This document shows, piece after piece, positions 27,101 to 41,626 of a DNA stretch of 64,000 bases. How positions within the stretch are numbered: position 1 is the first letter of the stretch; each line of letters opens with the position of its first letter. Below the pieces are notes generated by a model that was not told the origin of the DNA, made no database searches, and saw only the letters and a list, made by a program, of their open reading frames with translations. The DNA is from Leucoraja ocellata (Eukaryota), in the NCBI GenBank assembly GCA_036785375.1, contig JAWMAR010000352.1, forward strand, positions 2,294,001 through 2,358,000. Reading direction: 5' to 3'. The position numbers were made by a program, and so were the translations under genes.

Positions 27101-30100
27101 CTTTGATCCGTTCTTGTAAAACGGGATGATATTTGCAAATTACCAACCTTCATGAACCACTCCTAACTCTAGTGATTCTTGAAATATCACAACTAATGCC
27201 TCCACAATCTCTCAGGCCACCTCATTCAGAACGTTGTGGTGCAGTCCATCTGTTCCAGGTGACTTATCCATCCTCAAACCTTTCAGTTTTCCTAGCACCT
27301 TCTCCTTAGTAATCGCCACTCCACTAACATTCACCCCCTGTCTCTCTAGGATTGCATGCACACTGATGGTGTCCTCCACGGTGAAGACTGATGCAAAAAA
27401 GTTATTCAATTCCTTTTCCATTTCTTGACTTCTCCTGCATCATTCTCCAGCGGCCCAACGTCCACTTTTGCCTCTTTTATTACTCTTTATATATCCATAG
27501 AAACTCTTGGTATCATCTGTTACATTATTGGCCAGCTTACATTCGTACTGAAGATAGACACACAAAAGCTGGACTAACTAAGCGGGACAGGCAGCATTTC
27601 TGGAGAGAAGGAATGGGTGACATTTCGGGTCGAGGCCGTTCTTCAGGCTGATTAGGGATAAGGTAAACGATGGATACAGACTCTGCTCCGTCCAGAGTTT
27701 CCCAGCATCTAACCTGACGTGGGTACATCTCGGTTTCATGCTGAACACAAGATGTTCCAGAAACGAGCTGTGGATGGAGTTCCCTCAGCTGGCATGGCAG
27801 GACGCTGGGGTCTATCAGTGTGTGGCGGTGAATGAACATGGGACAGCAGAGAGGGATGTGACCCTCACTGTAGAATGTGAGTAGACACACACTAACACAT
27901 CCCTCAAAACGTCATAAATGATAGGGGCAGAATTAGAATGTCGAATGGCCAAGGCTACTCCACCATTCAATCATGGCTGATCTATCTCTCCCTCCTAACC
28001 CCATTCTCTTGCCTTCTCATAGAGCCATAGAGTTATAGAGCCATTGATTCATGGAGTCATAGAGAGTGATACAGCTTGGCAACAGCTCAACTAGCTTTCA
28101 ACAGCCTACTAGTCCCAGCTACATTAGTCCCACCTGCCCATGTTTGGCCCATATCCCTCCAAACTTGTCCTAACCATGTACTTGTCTGTTTCTTAAATGC
28201 TGGGATAGTCCTAGCCTCAACAACCTCCTCTGGCAGCTCATTCCATACAACAACTACCCTTTGTATGAAAAAGTCACCCCCTAGATTCCTTTTAAATCTT
28301 TTCCCCTTCACCTTGAACCTACGTCGTTTGGTCGTCGATTCACCTACTCTGGGCAAGAGACTTGGTGCATCCACCCGATCTATTCCTCTCATGATTTTAA
28401 ACACCTCTATAAGATCACCCCTCACCCTCCTGCTCTCCAAGGAAGAGAGTCCCAGCCTGCTCAACCTTTCCCTATAGCTCAGGCCCTCTAGTCCTGGCCA
28501 CATCCTCATGAATCTTCTCTGCACCCTTTCCTGCTTGACAACATACTTCCTATATTTTCTCTCTCCTCTTCTAAGATAAGGAAGATTAGATAAAATTATT
28601 TGAAGCATTGTGTGCAGTTCTGGTCACCCCATTACAGGAAGGATGTGGTCAGGGTGCACAACGCTGCCTAGTTTAGAGAGTATTACCAATAAGGAGTTTT
28701 AAGGGGGGCACACAGTGGTTCAACGGTAGAGTTGCTGCCTCACAGCACCAGAGAGCCAGGTTCAATCTTCACTACGGGTGCTTGTCGGTACAGAGTTGGC
28801 AAGTTCATCCCATAACCTACGTGGGTTTTCTTCGGGTGCTCCGGTTTCCTCCCACACTCCAAAGATATACAGGTGTGCAGGATAGTATGGCTTGGTATAT
28901 TTGTAAATTGTCCCTAGTGTGTGCAGGATAGTATATGTGTGGGGATCGTTGGTCATCTCTGGAGTTCATGTTCATAAGTGATGGGAGCACAATAAGGCCA
29001 TTCGGCCCATCAAGTCTACTCTGCCATTCGATCATGGCTGATCTATTTCTCCCTCCCCTGCCCCATTATCCTGCCTTCAGCCCATAGCCTCTGACACCTG
29101 TACTAATCAAGAATCTATCTATCTCTGCCTTAAATATATCCACTGACTTGGCCTCCACTGCCGTCTGTGACAAATAATTCCACAGATTCACCACTGTTCA
29201 AAGGCTGAACGGAGACCTGATAGAAATATATAAAACTATGAGTTGCATTGGGAAGGTAGACAGTCAGAATCTTTTTCACATGGTGCAAATGTCAAGGTTG
29301 AGAGGGCAGAGCTTTAAGGTGAGAGGGGAAAATTGTAAAGGAGATGTGCGGGGCAACTTTTACAATACGATACAACACAATATAACTTTATATATCCCTG
29401 GAGAGAACTAAATACACAAAATACACAAATACAAAATACTTGAAATATGAAATTAAAGTGACGAGTGGAAAGGCTTGGGGGCTGTGCAAAGATTACGTGG
29501 GAGGGGGGGGGGGGGCGATGGGGAGGCGAGTCAGTCTCAGTCTACACTACGACAGAAGGGGGAGGAGTTGTACAGTTTGATAGCCACAGGGAAGAAGGAT
29601 CTCCTGTGGCGTTCTGTCCTGCATCTTGGTGGAACCAGTCTGTTGCTGAAGGTGCTCCTCAGGTTGACCAATGTGTCATGGAGGGAGTGAGCTGTATTGT
29701 CCAGAATGCTCCACAGTTTGAGGAGCATCCTCCCCTCCAAGACCAACATCCCATGAATCCAACTCCGCTCCCAGAATGGAGTCGACCTTCTTGATGAACT
29801 TGTTGATCCCATTGGTGTCTGCAGACTTCGCCCTGTTGCCCCGGCACACGGCAGCGAAGAAGATGGCACTGGCCACCACCATTAGTAGAACATCAGCAGC
29901 TTCTTGCTGCAGATGTTGAAGGAGTGGAGCCTTCTCAGAAAGCTCTTGTAGAGGACTCAGAGTTCTTGGATCAGTCCTGTTTACTAAAGATAGACACAAA
30001 ATGCTGGAGCAGCCAAAAATGCTGTAGAAACAATAGACAATGGACAATAGACAATAGGTGTAGGAGTAGGCCATTTGGCCCTTTGAGCCAGCATCGCCAT

Positions 30101-33100
30101 TCAATGTGATCATGGCTGATCATCCCCATTGGGCTTTATTCTTTCGAGCGCAGAAGGTTAAGGGGGGACTTGATAGAGGTTTTTAAAATGGTGAGAGGGA
30201 TAGACAGAGTTGACGTGGAAAAGCTTTTCCCACTGAGAGTAGGGAAGATTCAAACAAGGGGACATGACATGAGAATTAAGGGACTGAAGTTTAGGGGTAA
30301 CATGAGGGGGGACTTCTTTACTCAGAGAGTGGTAGCTGTGTGGAATGAGCTTCCAGTGAAGGTGGTGGAGGCAGGTTTGTTTTTATCATTTAAAAATAAA
30401 TTGGATAGTTATATGGATGGGAAGGGAATGGAGGGTTATGGTCTGAGCGCAGGTATATGGGACTAGGGGAGATTATGTGTTCGGCACGGACTAGAAGGGT
30501 CGTGATGGCCTGTTTCCGTGCTGTAATTGTTATATGGTTATATGGTTATCAGTACCCCGTTCCTTCCTTCTCCCCATATCCCATGTCTCCGCTATTTTTA
30601 AGAGCCCTATCTAGCTCTCTCTTGAAAGTATCCAGAGAACCTGCCTCCACCGCCCTCTGAGGCAGAGAATTCCACAGACTCACAACTCTCTGTGAGAAAA
30701 AGTGTTTCCTCGTCTAATTTCAAAATGGCTTACTCCTTATTCTTAAACTGTGGCCCCTGGTTCTGGACTCAATGCATTTTGTTGTCTCTGTACTGTACAC
30801 TGACAATGACAATTAAAATTGAATCTGAATCTGAATCTGAATCTGACTCCCCCAACACCAGGAACATGTTTCCTGCCTCTAGTGTGTCCAAGCCCTTAAC
30901 AATCTTATATGTTTCAATGAGATACCCTCTCATCCTTCCAAACTCCAGAGTGAACAAGCCCAACCGCTCCATTCTCTCAGCATATGACAGTCTTGCCATC
31001 CCGGGGATTAATCTTGTAACCCTACGCTGCACTCCCTCAATAGCAAGAATGTCCTTCCTCAAATTAGGGGACCAAAACTGCACGCAATACTCCAGGTGTG
31101 GTCTCACTAGGGCTCTGTACAACTGCAGAAGGTCCTCTTTGCTCCTATATTCGATTCCTCTTGTTATAAAGGCCAACATGCCATTCACTTTCTTCACTGC
31201 CTGCTGTACCTGCATGCTTACTGATGTTTTAGGACCCCCAGATCCCATTGTACTTCTCCTTTTCCCAACTTGACACCATTTAGATAGTAATCTCCCTTCC
31301 TGTTTTTGCTACCAAAGTGGATAACCTCACATTTATCTGCATTAAACTTAATCTGGATGCATCTGCCCACTCCCCCAACCTGTCCTAGCCACTCTGCATT
31401 CTCATAGCATCCTCCTCACAGTTCACACTGCCACCCAGCTTTGTGTTACCTGCAAATTTGCTAATGTTACTTTGAATCCCTTCATCCAAATCATTGATGT
31501 ATATTGTAAATAGCTGTGGTCCCAGCACCGAGCCTTGCGGTACCCCACTAGTCACTGCCTGCCATTCTGAAAGGGACCCGTTAATCCCTACTCTTTGTTT
31601 CCTGTCTGCCAACCACTTCTCTATCCAGGTCAGCACTCTACCCCAATACCATGTCCCCTAATTTTACCCACTAATCTCGTATGTGGGACCTTAGTTGAGT
31701 ATGTGTTTTGTTATTTATTCTATGTTATGTTATGACTGCAGGCTAAACCATTTAGTTGCACTGAATGACAATAACATTGAATCTGAATCTGAATCAAATG
31801 CTTACTGAAAGTCCAGGTACACTACATCCACTGGCCCTCCCTTGTCCATTTTCTGAGTTTCATCTTCAAACAATTCCAGAAGATTAGTCAAGTCAAACTC
31901 AGCGGGTGAGGCAGCATCTATGGAGCGAAGGAAATAGGCAACGTTTCGGGTCGAGACCTTTCTTTAGACCGATGTGAGTGTAGGGCGGGGCGGGAAGAAG
32001 AAAGGAAGAGGGCTGTGGGAGAACTGTGGGCTGAGGGAGAACTGGGAAGGTGAGGGTAAAGCCGGTACTACCTGAAATTAGAGGTCAATGTTCATACCGC
32101 TGGGGTGTAAACTGCCCAAGCAAAATATGAGGTGCTGCTCCTCCAATTTATGATGGGCCTAACTCTGGCCATGGAGGAAGCCCAGGACAGAAAGGTCGGA
32201 TTCAGAATGTGAGGAAGAGTTGAAGTACTGAGCCACTGGGAGATCAGGTTGGTTATTGCAATGCTGGAGTAACTCAGCGGGACAGGCAGCATCGCTGGAG
32301 GGAAGGAATAGGTGACATTTTGGGGCGAGGCCTTTCTTCAGACTGGTGATATTTGTATAAGGTACTTGTACTCCCTGGTAAACTGTTTAACAATGGAGAG
32401 CATCTGCAACACACTGCCAAGGGCAGTGATGGAGGCAGATAGGACAGATCCTTCTCTCCAGAGATGCTGCCTGTCCCGCTGAGTTTAATCCAGCATTTTG
32501 TGTTTGATCTCCTAGAAATATAGAAAAATAGGTGCAGGAGTAGTCCATTCGGCCCTTCAAGCCAGTACCACCATTCAATATGATCTTGGCTGATCTACTA
32601 AAATCAGTATCCCCGAGTCCTGATTTTTCCCCATCCCTTGATTCCTTTAGCCCTAAGCGCTAAATCCAACTCTCTCTTGAAAAAGATCCAGTGAATTGGA
32701 CTCCACTGCCTTCTGCGGCAGATAATTGCACAGATTCACAACTCTCTCATGTCTTGTTCCTCCTTCTCCAGATGCACCAGTGATTTCCTGGGATTCGGGA
32801 TGCACTCACACACCTGAGAGTGTCACCTGTGTGTGTGCGGCCAGGTGCAACCCACCCGGAGAGCTCACCTGGCACCTCCCCCTCGCCAACTTCAGCGGAA
32901 ATCAAACCCGCGGACATCTCCACACCTGGCAGGTGGCAAGCGGGCATCTGGTGAATGGCTCCCTCACTCTGAGAGGGGGTGGGGGAGGAGAGGACGTGAC
33001 GGCCGTGTGCTCAGTCCGAAACCGGCACGGGGAAGCCATGTTCATGGTGTATCTGTGGACGGAAGGTGAGGACATTTATGGGCGAGGGAAGTCAGAGAGC

Positions 33101-36100
33101 CAGAGGGTCATACTGTAATGGCCATTTCTAACTTTTACAATGTCTAACTTTCCATTGCCATTACTACACAGGTAAGTAGGAGTGATCTTACACAGACCAA
33201 AACAGAACAGATCTTCCAGTCATTCTTTATTGAAGTAGTTGTACAAACAAAGTGATTAATGTACCAGGTTCTCTTTATTCTCATACAAGTTGTAACTTCC
33301 TGTCCTCCCGATCTGTGTGAACTGTGTACCCTCCACCTCCTGTAGCTGGTCTGATTCACTCCCTGTCCACTAAGCCCATGTGTTACACCCCTCCATTCAT
33401 CAAATGACCGCCTCTATGTGTCCAAAATAATAGCGCTAGAAATATCTAGACAAACTAATATAATATGCCAACAGTAGTTGGCTGAAACATAAATGACTCC
33501 TACACATACCGTATGGAAACAGCCCCTTCGGCCTAAAATGCCCACACCAACCAACATGTTGCACCTACACCAGTCCCACCTGCCTGCATTTGGCCCATAC
33601 CCCTGCAAACCTGACCTCATCGTGTACCTGTCTAATTCTCCAGTGCTGGCAACATTCTCATTACACAATACCCTTAGTGTTGTATAATGAACCGGATTTC
33701 ATAAGGGAACTCGAGGTAAAGGAGCCATTAGGAGGTGGTGACCACAATATGTTTTAATCTGCAATTTGAGAGAGAGAAGGGAAAATCAGAAATGTCAGTA
33801 TTACAGTTGAACAAAGGAAACTATGGAGCCATGAGGGAGGAGCTGACCAAAGTTGACTGGAAAAATACCCTGGCAGGGATGACAGTGGAACAACAATGGC
33901 AGGTATTTCTGGGAATAATACAGAAGGTGCAGGGTCAGTTAATTCCAAAGAGAAAGAAAGATTCCAAGGGGAGTAAGGGGCGACCGTGGCTGACAAGGGA
34001 AGTCAGGGAGAGAATAAAAATAGAAGAGAAGAAGTATAACATTGCAAAGATTTGAGTATAGAAGTTGGGATGTAATGTTAAAATTATACAAGGCATTGGT
34101 GAGGCCAATTCTGGAGTATGGTGTACAATTTTGGTCGCCTAATTATAGGAAGGATGTCAACAAAATAGAGAGAGTACAGAGGAGATTTACTAGAATGTTG
34201 CCTGGGTTTCAGCAACTAAGTTACAGAGAAAGGTTGAACAAGTTAGGGCTTTATTCTTTGGAGCGCAGAAGGTTAAGGGGGGACTTGATGGAGGTTTTTA
34301 AAATGATGAGAGGAATAGACAGAGTTGACGTGGAAAATGCTTTTCCCACTGAGAGTAGGGAAGATTCAAACAAGGGGACATGACTTGAGAATTAAGGGAC
34401 AGAAGTTTAGGGGTAACATGAGGGGGAACTTCTTTACTCAGAGAGTGGTAGTTGTGTGGAATGAGCTTCCAGTGAAGGTGGTGGAGGCTGGTTCGTTTTT
34501 ATCATTTAAAAATAAATTGGATAGTTATATGGACGGGAAGGGAATGGTGGGTTATGATCTGAGCGCAGGTATATGGGACTAGGGGAGATTATGTGTTCGG
34601 CACGGACAAGAAAGGTCGAGATGGCCTGTTTCCGTGCTGTAATTGTTATATGGTTATAAAGATGAGTGGGAAGCCAGAGGATTGGGTAACTTTTAAAGAG
34701 CAACAGAAGATAACTAAAAGGGTAATGCGGGGAGAAAGGATGAGTTCGGAAGTTAAGCTAGCCAAGAATATAAAGGAGGATAGTAAAAGTTTCCTTAGGT
34801 ATGTGAAGAGGAAAAAATTAGTTAAGCCAAAGTTGGAATCTTGAAGACTGAAACAGGTGAATTTATTATGGAGAACAGGGAAATAGCAGACGTTGAACCG
34901 GTAATTTGACAATAGACAATAGGTGCAGGGTAGGCCATTCGGCCCTTCGAGCCAACACCACCATTCAATTTGATCATGGCTGATCATCCGCATTCAGTAA
35001 CCTGTTCCTGCCTTCTCACCATATGCCTTGACTGCTATCTTTACGAGCTCTATCTAACTCTCTCTTGAATGCAGTCGATCTGTTTTCACTAAGGAAGACA
35101 CAAACAATTTCCCTGATGTACTAGTGGCCACAGGATCTAGGGTGACGGAGGAAGTGAAGGAAATTCACATTAGGCAGGAAATGTTGTTGGATAGATTGAT
35201 GGCACTGAAGCTGATAAATCGCCAGGGCCTGATGACCTGCATCAGGGTACTTAAGGAAGTGGCTCAAGAAATTGTGGACGCATTGGTGGTCATTTTCCAA
35301 TGTTCTATAGATTCAGGATCAGTTGCTATGGATTGGAGGGTAGCTAATGTTATCCCACTTTTTAAGAAAGGTTTGAGAGAGAAAACAGGGAATTACAGAC
35401 CAGTTAGCATGACATAGGTGGTGGGGAAGGTGCTGGAGTCAATTATAAAAGATGAAATAGCGGCACATTTAGATAGCAGTAACAGGATCAGTCAGAGTCA
35501 CATTGATTTACGAAGGGGAAATCATGCTTGACTAATCTTCTGGAATTTTTTGTGGATGTAACTAGGAAAATGGACAAGGGAGAGCCAGTGGATGTAGTGT
35601 ACCTGGACTTTCAAAAAGTACTAGACTAAGTGGGACCCATTGGGACTGTGAGGAGCCAATGAGGGGGACCAGAGGGGTTGCTTCGCTGATCGTTCTCCTC
35701 CGGACAGCTCGCGGATTCAATCAACACGGCTTGAGGACTGAGCCCCGCCTCCGGGATTTATTCTCCTTGCCCCCCCGATGATTAACAGCGAGTGCCAGAA
35801 GGGGTGTAACCTTCATGGTGACTGACAGGCGAGACCAATCTGCTGATCTCACAATTTTTTAAACCTTCATAACTTTTGTAATCGGAAGAAAATTTGGTGC
35901 ACTTGGAGCAGAAGAGGACGGTGAGTAAGGTGGCGAAAAAACCTTGCGATAGTGGGTACCGTTTTTGTGCAAATTTAAAAACAACGCAAACCGGAAGAGG
36001 ACAAGATGATAGTTTTAGTAATAGTGTTGATAGATTTGATAAGGTCCCACATAGGAGATTAGTGAACAAAATTAGAGTACATGGTATTGGGGGTAGGGTA

Positions 36101-38001
36101 CTGACATGGATATAAAATTGGTTGGCAGATAGGAAACAAAGAGTAGGGAGTAACGGGTCCCTTTCAGAATGGCAGGCAGTGACTAGTGGCGTACCGCAAG
36201 GCTCGGTGCTGGGAACGCAGCTATTTACAATATACATCAATGATTTAGATGAAGGGATTCAAAGCAACTTCAGCAAATATGCACATGACAGAAAGCCGGC
36301 GTTCCACAGGGCTGTGTGCTGAGCCCCCTCCTCTACTCCCTCTTCACCTACGACTGTACACCTGTACATGGTACTAACACCATCATCCAATATGCAGATG
36401 ATACGACGGTGATTGGCCTCATCAGCAACAACGATGAGTCGGCCTATAGGGAGGTGGTCCAGCTCCAAGCAGCATGGTGCGCTGACAACAACCTGGCCCT
36501 TAACTCCAAGAAGACCAAGGAGCTCATTGTGGACTACAGAAGGTCTAACGGTGACACGCACACCCCCATCCATATCAACGAGACGGAGGTGGAACTTGTT
36601 TCCAGCTTCAGGTTTCTGGGGGTCAACATCTCTGATGACCTCTCTTGGACCCACAATACCTCAACACTAGTCAAGAAGGCTCACGAGCATCTCTTCCTCC
36701 TGAGCAGACTAAAGAAGGTCAATCTGTCTCCTCCAATTCTGGTGAACTTCTACCGCTGCACCATCGAGAGCATCCTTACCAACTGTATCACAGTACGGTA
36801 TGGCAACTGCTCTGTCTCCGACCGGAAAGCACTGCAGAGGGTGGTGAAAACTGCCCAACGCATCACCGGTTCCTCACTCCCCTCCATTGAGTCTGTCCAG
36901 AGCAAGCGATGTCTGCGAAGTGCGCGCAGCATCGTCAATGACTGTTCTCACCCCAACCATGGACTGTTTACCCTCCTACAATCCGGGAGGCGCTACAGGT
37001 CTCTCCGTTGCCAGATCAGCGGGTTTAAGAACAGCTTCCTCCCTGCAGTTGTTACACAACTTAACTCTGCACCTTGGTGATTGCCAGTAACCCCTCCCCC
37101 CGGACATTCTTTCCCCTAGAAAAAATTGCACTACTGCTACTGTATGTATATATATATATTTTACTGTTCCATTGTTCTATGTTCGCTCTTCTGGGTGAGA
37201 TCTAACTGCATTTCGTTGTCTCTGTACTGTACACTGCACAATGACAATAAAGATTGAATCTGAATCTGGGTGGCAGTGTGAACTGTGAGGAGGATGCTAT
37301 GAGGATGCTGAGTGACTTCAGCAGGTTGGGCGAGTGGGCGAATGCATGGCAGATGCAGTTGAATGCGGATAAATGTGAGGTTATCCTCTTTGGTGGCAAA
37401 AACAGGAAGGCAGATTATTTTTCTGAATGGTGTCAAGTTGGGAAAAGGGGAAATACATAGAGATCTTGTTCATCAGTCACTGAAAGTAAACATGCAGGTA
37501 CAGCAAGCAGCGAAGAATGCCAATGGCATGCTGGCCTTCATTACAAGAGGAGTTGAATATAGGAGCAAAGAGGTCCTTCTGCAGATGTACAGGGTCCTGG
37601 TGAGACCACACTTGGAGTATTGTGTGCAGTTTTGTTCTCCAAATTTGAGAAAATACATTCTTGCTATTGAGGGAGTGCAGCGTAGGTTCACAAAGTTACG
37701 GGATGGCAGGACTGTCATAGGTTGATAGGATGAAGCTGCTGGGCTTGTAGACACTGGAATTCAGAATGATGAGAAGGGACCGTATTGAAACATATAAGAT
37801 TATGAAGGGATTGGACACACTAGAGTCAGGAAACATGTTCCTGTTGCGAGAGTCCACAAGGGGCCACAGTTTAAGAATAAGGGGTTGGCCATTTAAAACA
37901 GAGATGAGGTAAAACTTTTTTACCCAGAAAATTGTGAATCTGTGGAATTCTCTGCCTCGGAAAGCAGTGAATGCCAATTCTCTGGATGCTTTCAAGAGAG
38001 A

Positions 38002-38082
<81 letters not shown>

Positions 38083-41000
38083 GCTTTATTTCAGATACAG
38101 GTCCATATAACACATCAAACAGTATAAAGAATTACAAAAATACATTAAAAAATTGCATATTAGCCTAAAAGATATACAAGCTATTGCACCAATGCTGTCT
38201 TAGCCTAGAAGTGAATCTATAGCAGCTTTTCAGAGGGCTGACTAGGGCTTCAATTATGTGGTTCTCTGACTTGTCCAGGCGACACATAAAACTAAACATC
38301 AGCTGTCTTAAGAGTGCCTCACAGGTTGGCACTCTAGTAGACAGAGACAATTGACTGGCACTATGCCACCTAGGAACACGAAGTAGCAACCTCATTGCAT
38401 CATTGTACGCTACCTTAAGCCTCTGCATACACCTTTTCTTATAATTAGACTACAATTGAACAGTATATAACGGTGTGATGTAGGTTCTGAACAGGGAACA
38501 CTTCACAGAGTCAGAGCACATAGAAAACTTCCTTATAAGCATGTTGGCTTGAAGATAAATTTTACAGCGCTGTCGGTAGAGGTCTTTGTCATCCGTCCAG
38601 TCATCAGATATGACATGACCTAGGTATTTAATTTCCTCACACACTGCAAGAGGACTGTCTGACAAATAAAAGGTCGGAAAGGTTGATTCCCTGTCCTCAG
38701 CGCTACTAACTATCATTATGCGGCTTTTCTTAGCGTTATTCCCTTTATCCTGTATCTGTACACTGTGGACGGCTCAATTGTAAACATGTGTTGTCTTTCC
38801 GCTGACTGGATAGCACGACACAAAAGCTTTTCACTGTACCTCGTTACACGTGACAATACATTATACTGAAAACACACCTCTGGTTGTTCTTACAGATAAA
38901 AGCTTCAGTATTTGGATACAAGTTTTGCTCAGACCAGGGATAATAATACTGATGGCTGTGCTAGCTGGATTCTTCATCAACAAGTATATACTGCGGTAAG
39001 TTTAAATAAATCCACATTTTTACGAGAATGGTTAACATATGATGACCGTTTGTCACTTACTGGGCCTGTAGTAGCTGGAGTTTAGAAGGATGAGGGGGAG
39101 ACCTCATTGAAATGTAGTGAATAGTGAATGGCCTGGATTGAGTGGATATGGAGTGGATGTTTCCAGTAGTGGGATAGTCTGGGACCAGAGGCGACAGCCT
39201 TAGGATTAAAGGACTACCTAAAGGAAGAAGAGGAGGAGTTTCTTCAGTCAGAGGGTGGTGAATCTGTGTAATTCTTTGCCACAGAAGGCTGTGGAGGCCA
39301 AGCCAATCGATAGGTTTAAGGCAGAAATAGATAGGTTCTTGATCAGTACGGGAGTTAGGGTTATGGGGAGAAGGCAGGAGAATGGGGTTGAGAGGGAAAG
39401 ATAGATTCAGCGGAGTAGAATTGAATTGCAGAGTAGACTTGATGGGCTGAATGGCCTAATTCTGTCCCTTGAACTTATGAAGGGTGGAGCCCACAATGGC
39501 ACTTTGTTAGCTGGGGAAGGAGTGCTAAAGACACGGATAGAAGGATGCGAACATCTAAACCTGTCCCATCCATGTACCTGTCTAACTGTTCCTTAAATAT
39601 TATTCACATGGCTCAACTACTTCCTCCGGTAGCTCGTCCCATTCATCCACTACCCTTTGTGTGAAAATGTTAGCGCTGAGGTTCCTATTGAATCTCCCCC
39701 CCCCCCCCCCCCCACACCTTAAAGCTCTGTCCTCTGCTCCATGATTCCCCACTCTGGGCAAGATGCTCTGTGCGTCTACCCGATCTATTCCTCTCATGAT
39801 TTTAAACACCGCTATAAAATCACCCCTCATCCTCCTGTGTTCCAAGGAATAGAGAAGCCGCCTGCTCATCCTCTCCCTGTAGCTCAAGCCCTCGAGTCCT
39901 GGCAACATACACGTAAATCTTCACGGCACCCTTTCAAACTTGACAACATCTCCCCGACAATATGGTGCCCAGAACGGAACACAATACTCTAAATGCATTG
40001 AAACCTACTGAATAGTGAAAGGCTTGGATTGAGAGGATGTTTCCACTAGTGGGAGAGTCTAGGACTAGAGGTCGTAGTCTCAGAATTAAAGGACGTTCCT
40101 TCAGGAAGCAGATGAGAGGAATTTCTTTAGTCGGTGGTGAATCTGTGGAATTCTTTGCCGCAGAAGGCTGTGGAGGCCAAGTCAATGGATATTTTTTAAG
40201 GCAGAAATGGATAGGTTATTGATCAGTACGGGTGTCAGGGGTTATGGGGAAAAAGGCAGGCAAATGGGATTAAGAGGAAGAGTTAGATCAGGCATGATTG
40301 AATGGCAGAGTAGACTTGATGGGCCGAATGACTTCATTCTGCTCCTATCATTAATGACCTCATGACTTTATGACCAACATCTAATACAACTGCAACTTTG
40401 TACTTGGACTTTGCTGATGTGCTGTAAACTTGGTGTGATCTTCTGTTGCTGCAGGAGGGAAGATGCTTCAGGAAACCAAGACCCCAATGTGCTGAACAGC
40501 CCATACTCTGCCATCAATCAGGTAGTGGAACTTTGTATTTAATCTCAAATACGGATGATACAAACGTGGGTACAAAAAGCTGGAGTAACTCAGTGGAACA
40601 GGCAGAATCTCTGGAGAGAAGGAACAGGTGATGTTTCGGTCGAGACTCGAGGGGCCTGAGCTACAGAGAGAGGTTGAGGAGGCTGGGATTCTATTCCTTG
40701 GAGCGCAGGGTGATGAGGGGTGATCTTATGGAGGTGTATAAAATCATGAGAGGAATAGATCGGGTAGATGCACACAATCTCTTGCCCAGAGTAGGGGAAT
40801 CGAGGACCAGAGGACATAGGTTCAAGGTGAAGGGGAAAAAAATCTGAGGGTTAACTTTTTCACACAAAGGGTGGTGCGTGTATGGAACGAGCTGTTGGAG
40901 GAGGTAGTTCAGGCTGGGACTATCCCAAAGTTTAAGAAACAGTTAGAAAGGTACATGGACAGGACAAGTTTGGAGGGATATGGACCAAGCGCAGGCAGGT

Positions 41001-41578
41001 GGGACTAGTGTAGCTGGGACATGTTGGCCGGTGTGGGCAAGTTGGGCCGAAGGGCCTGTTTCCACAATGTATGACTCTATATAGAAGGTGATGTAGAGAG
41101 AGATAAAGAACAATGAATGAAAGATAGATGTAAACAAAGTAACGATGATAAAGGAAACAGGCCACTGTTAGTGGTTTGTTGGGTGAAAACGAGAAGCTGG
41201 TGCGACTTGGGTGGGGGAGGGATGGAGAGAGAGGGAACACAGGGCTACCTCAAGTGAGAAAAATCAATGTTCATATCACTGGGCTGCAAGCTGCCCAAGC
41301 GGAATATGTGATGCTGGTCCTGCAATTTGCGTTTAGCCTCACTCTGTCAATGTTGGACAGAAAGGTCAGTGTGGGAAGGGGAATTAAAGTATTTAGCAAC
41401 CGGGAGTATGAATATTGATGTATCTAACCTCATGAGTGTGTGTGAGAGAGGGTGTGAGTGTGAAAGAAAGTTTGAGAGAGGGAGACAGTGCTAGAAGGGG
41501 GGGGGGGGACAGAGTGTGTGAAACTGCGAGTTTGAGACAGAGTGCGTGAGGGAGAAAGAGCAGAGTGAGAAAGAAAGA

Positions 41579-41626
<48 letters not shown>

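Larger units (their letters stand above)
33690..38000 (+). mobile_element. long decayed CR1 ORF2 interrupted by CR1, Helitron and Rex1 insertions
   Basis: [37 protein letters not shown] and LEYCVQF in collinear order. Confidence 0.88.

Noticed and set aside
27676-27681. Cryptic acceptor TACAG rescuing the truncated Ig exon 4
   Set aside because: No polypyrimidine tract and wrong phase, reaching TGA within about 12 codons
37942-38168. Poly-Ile and poly-Tyr ORFs
   Set aside because: Translation of a LINE (TTA)n tail
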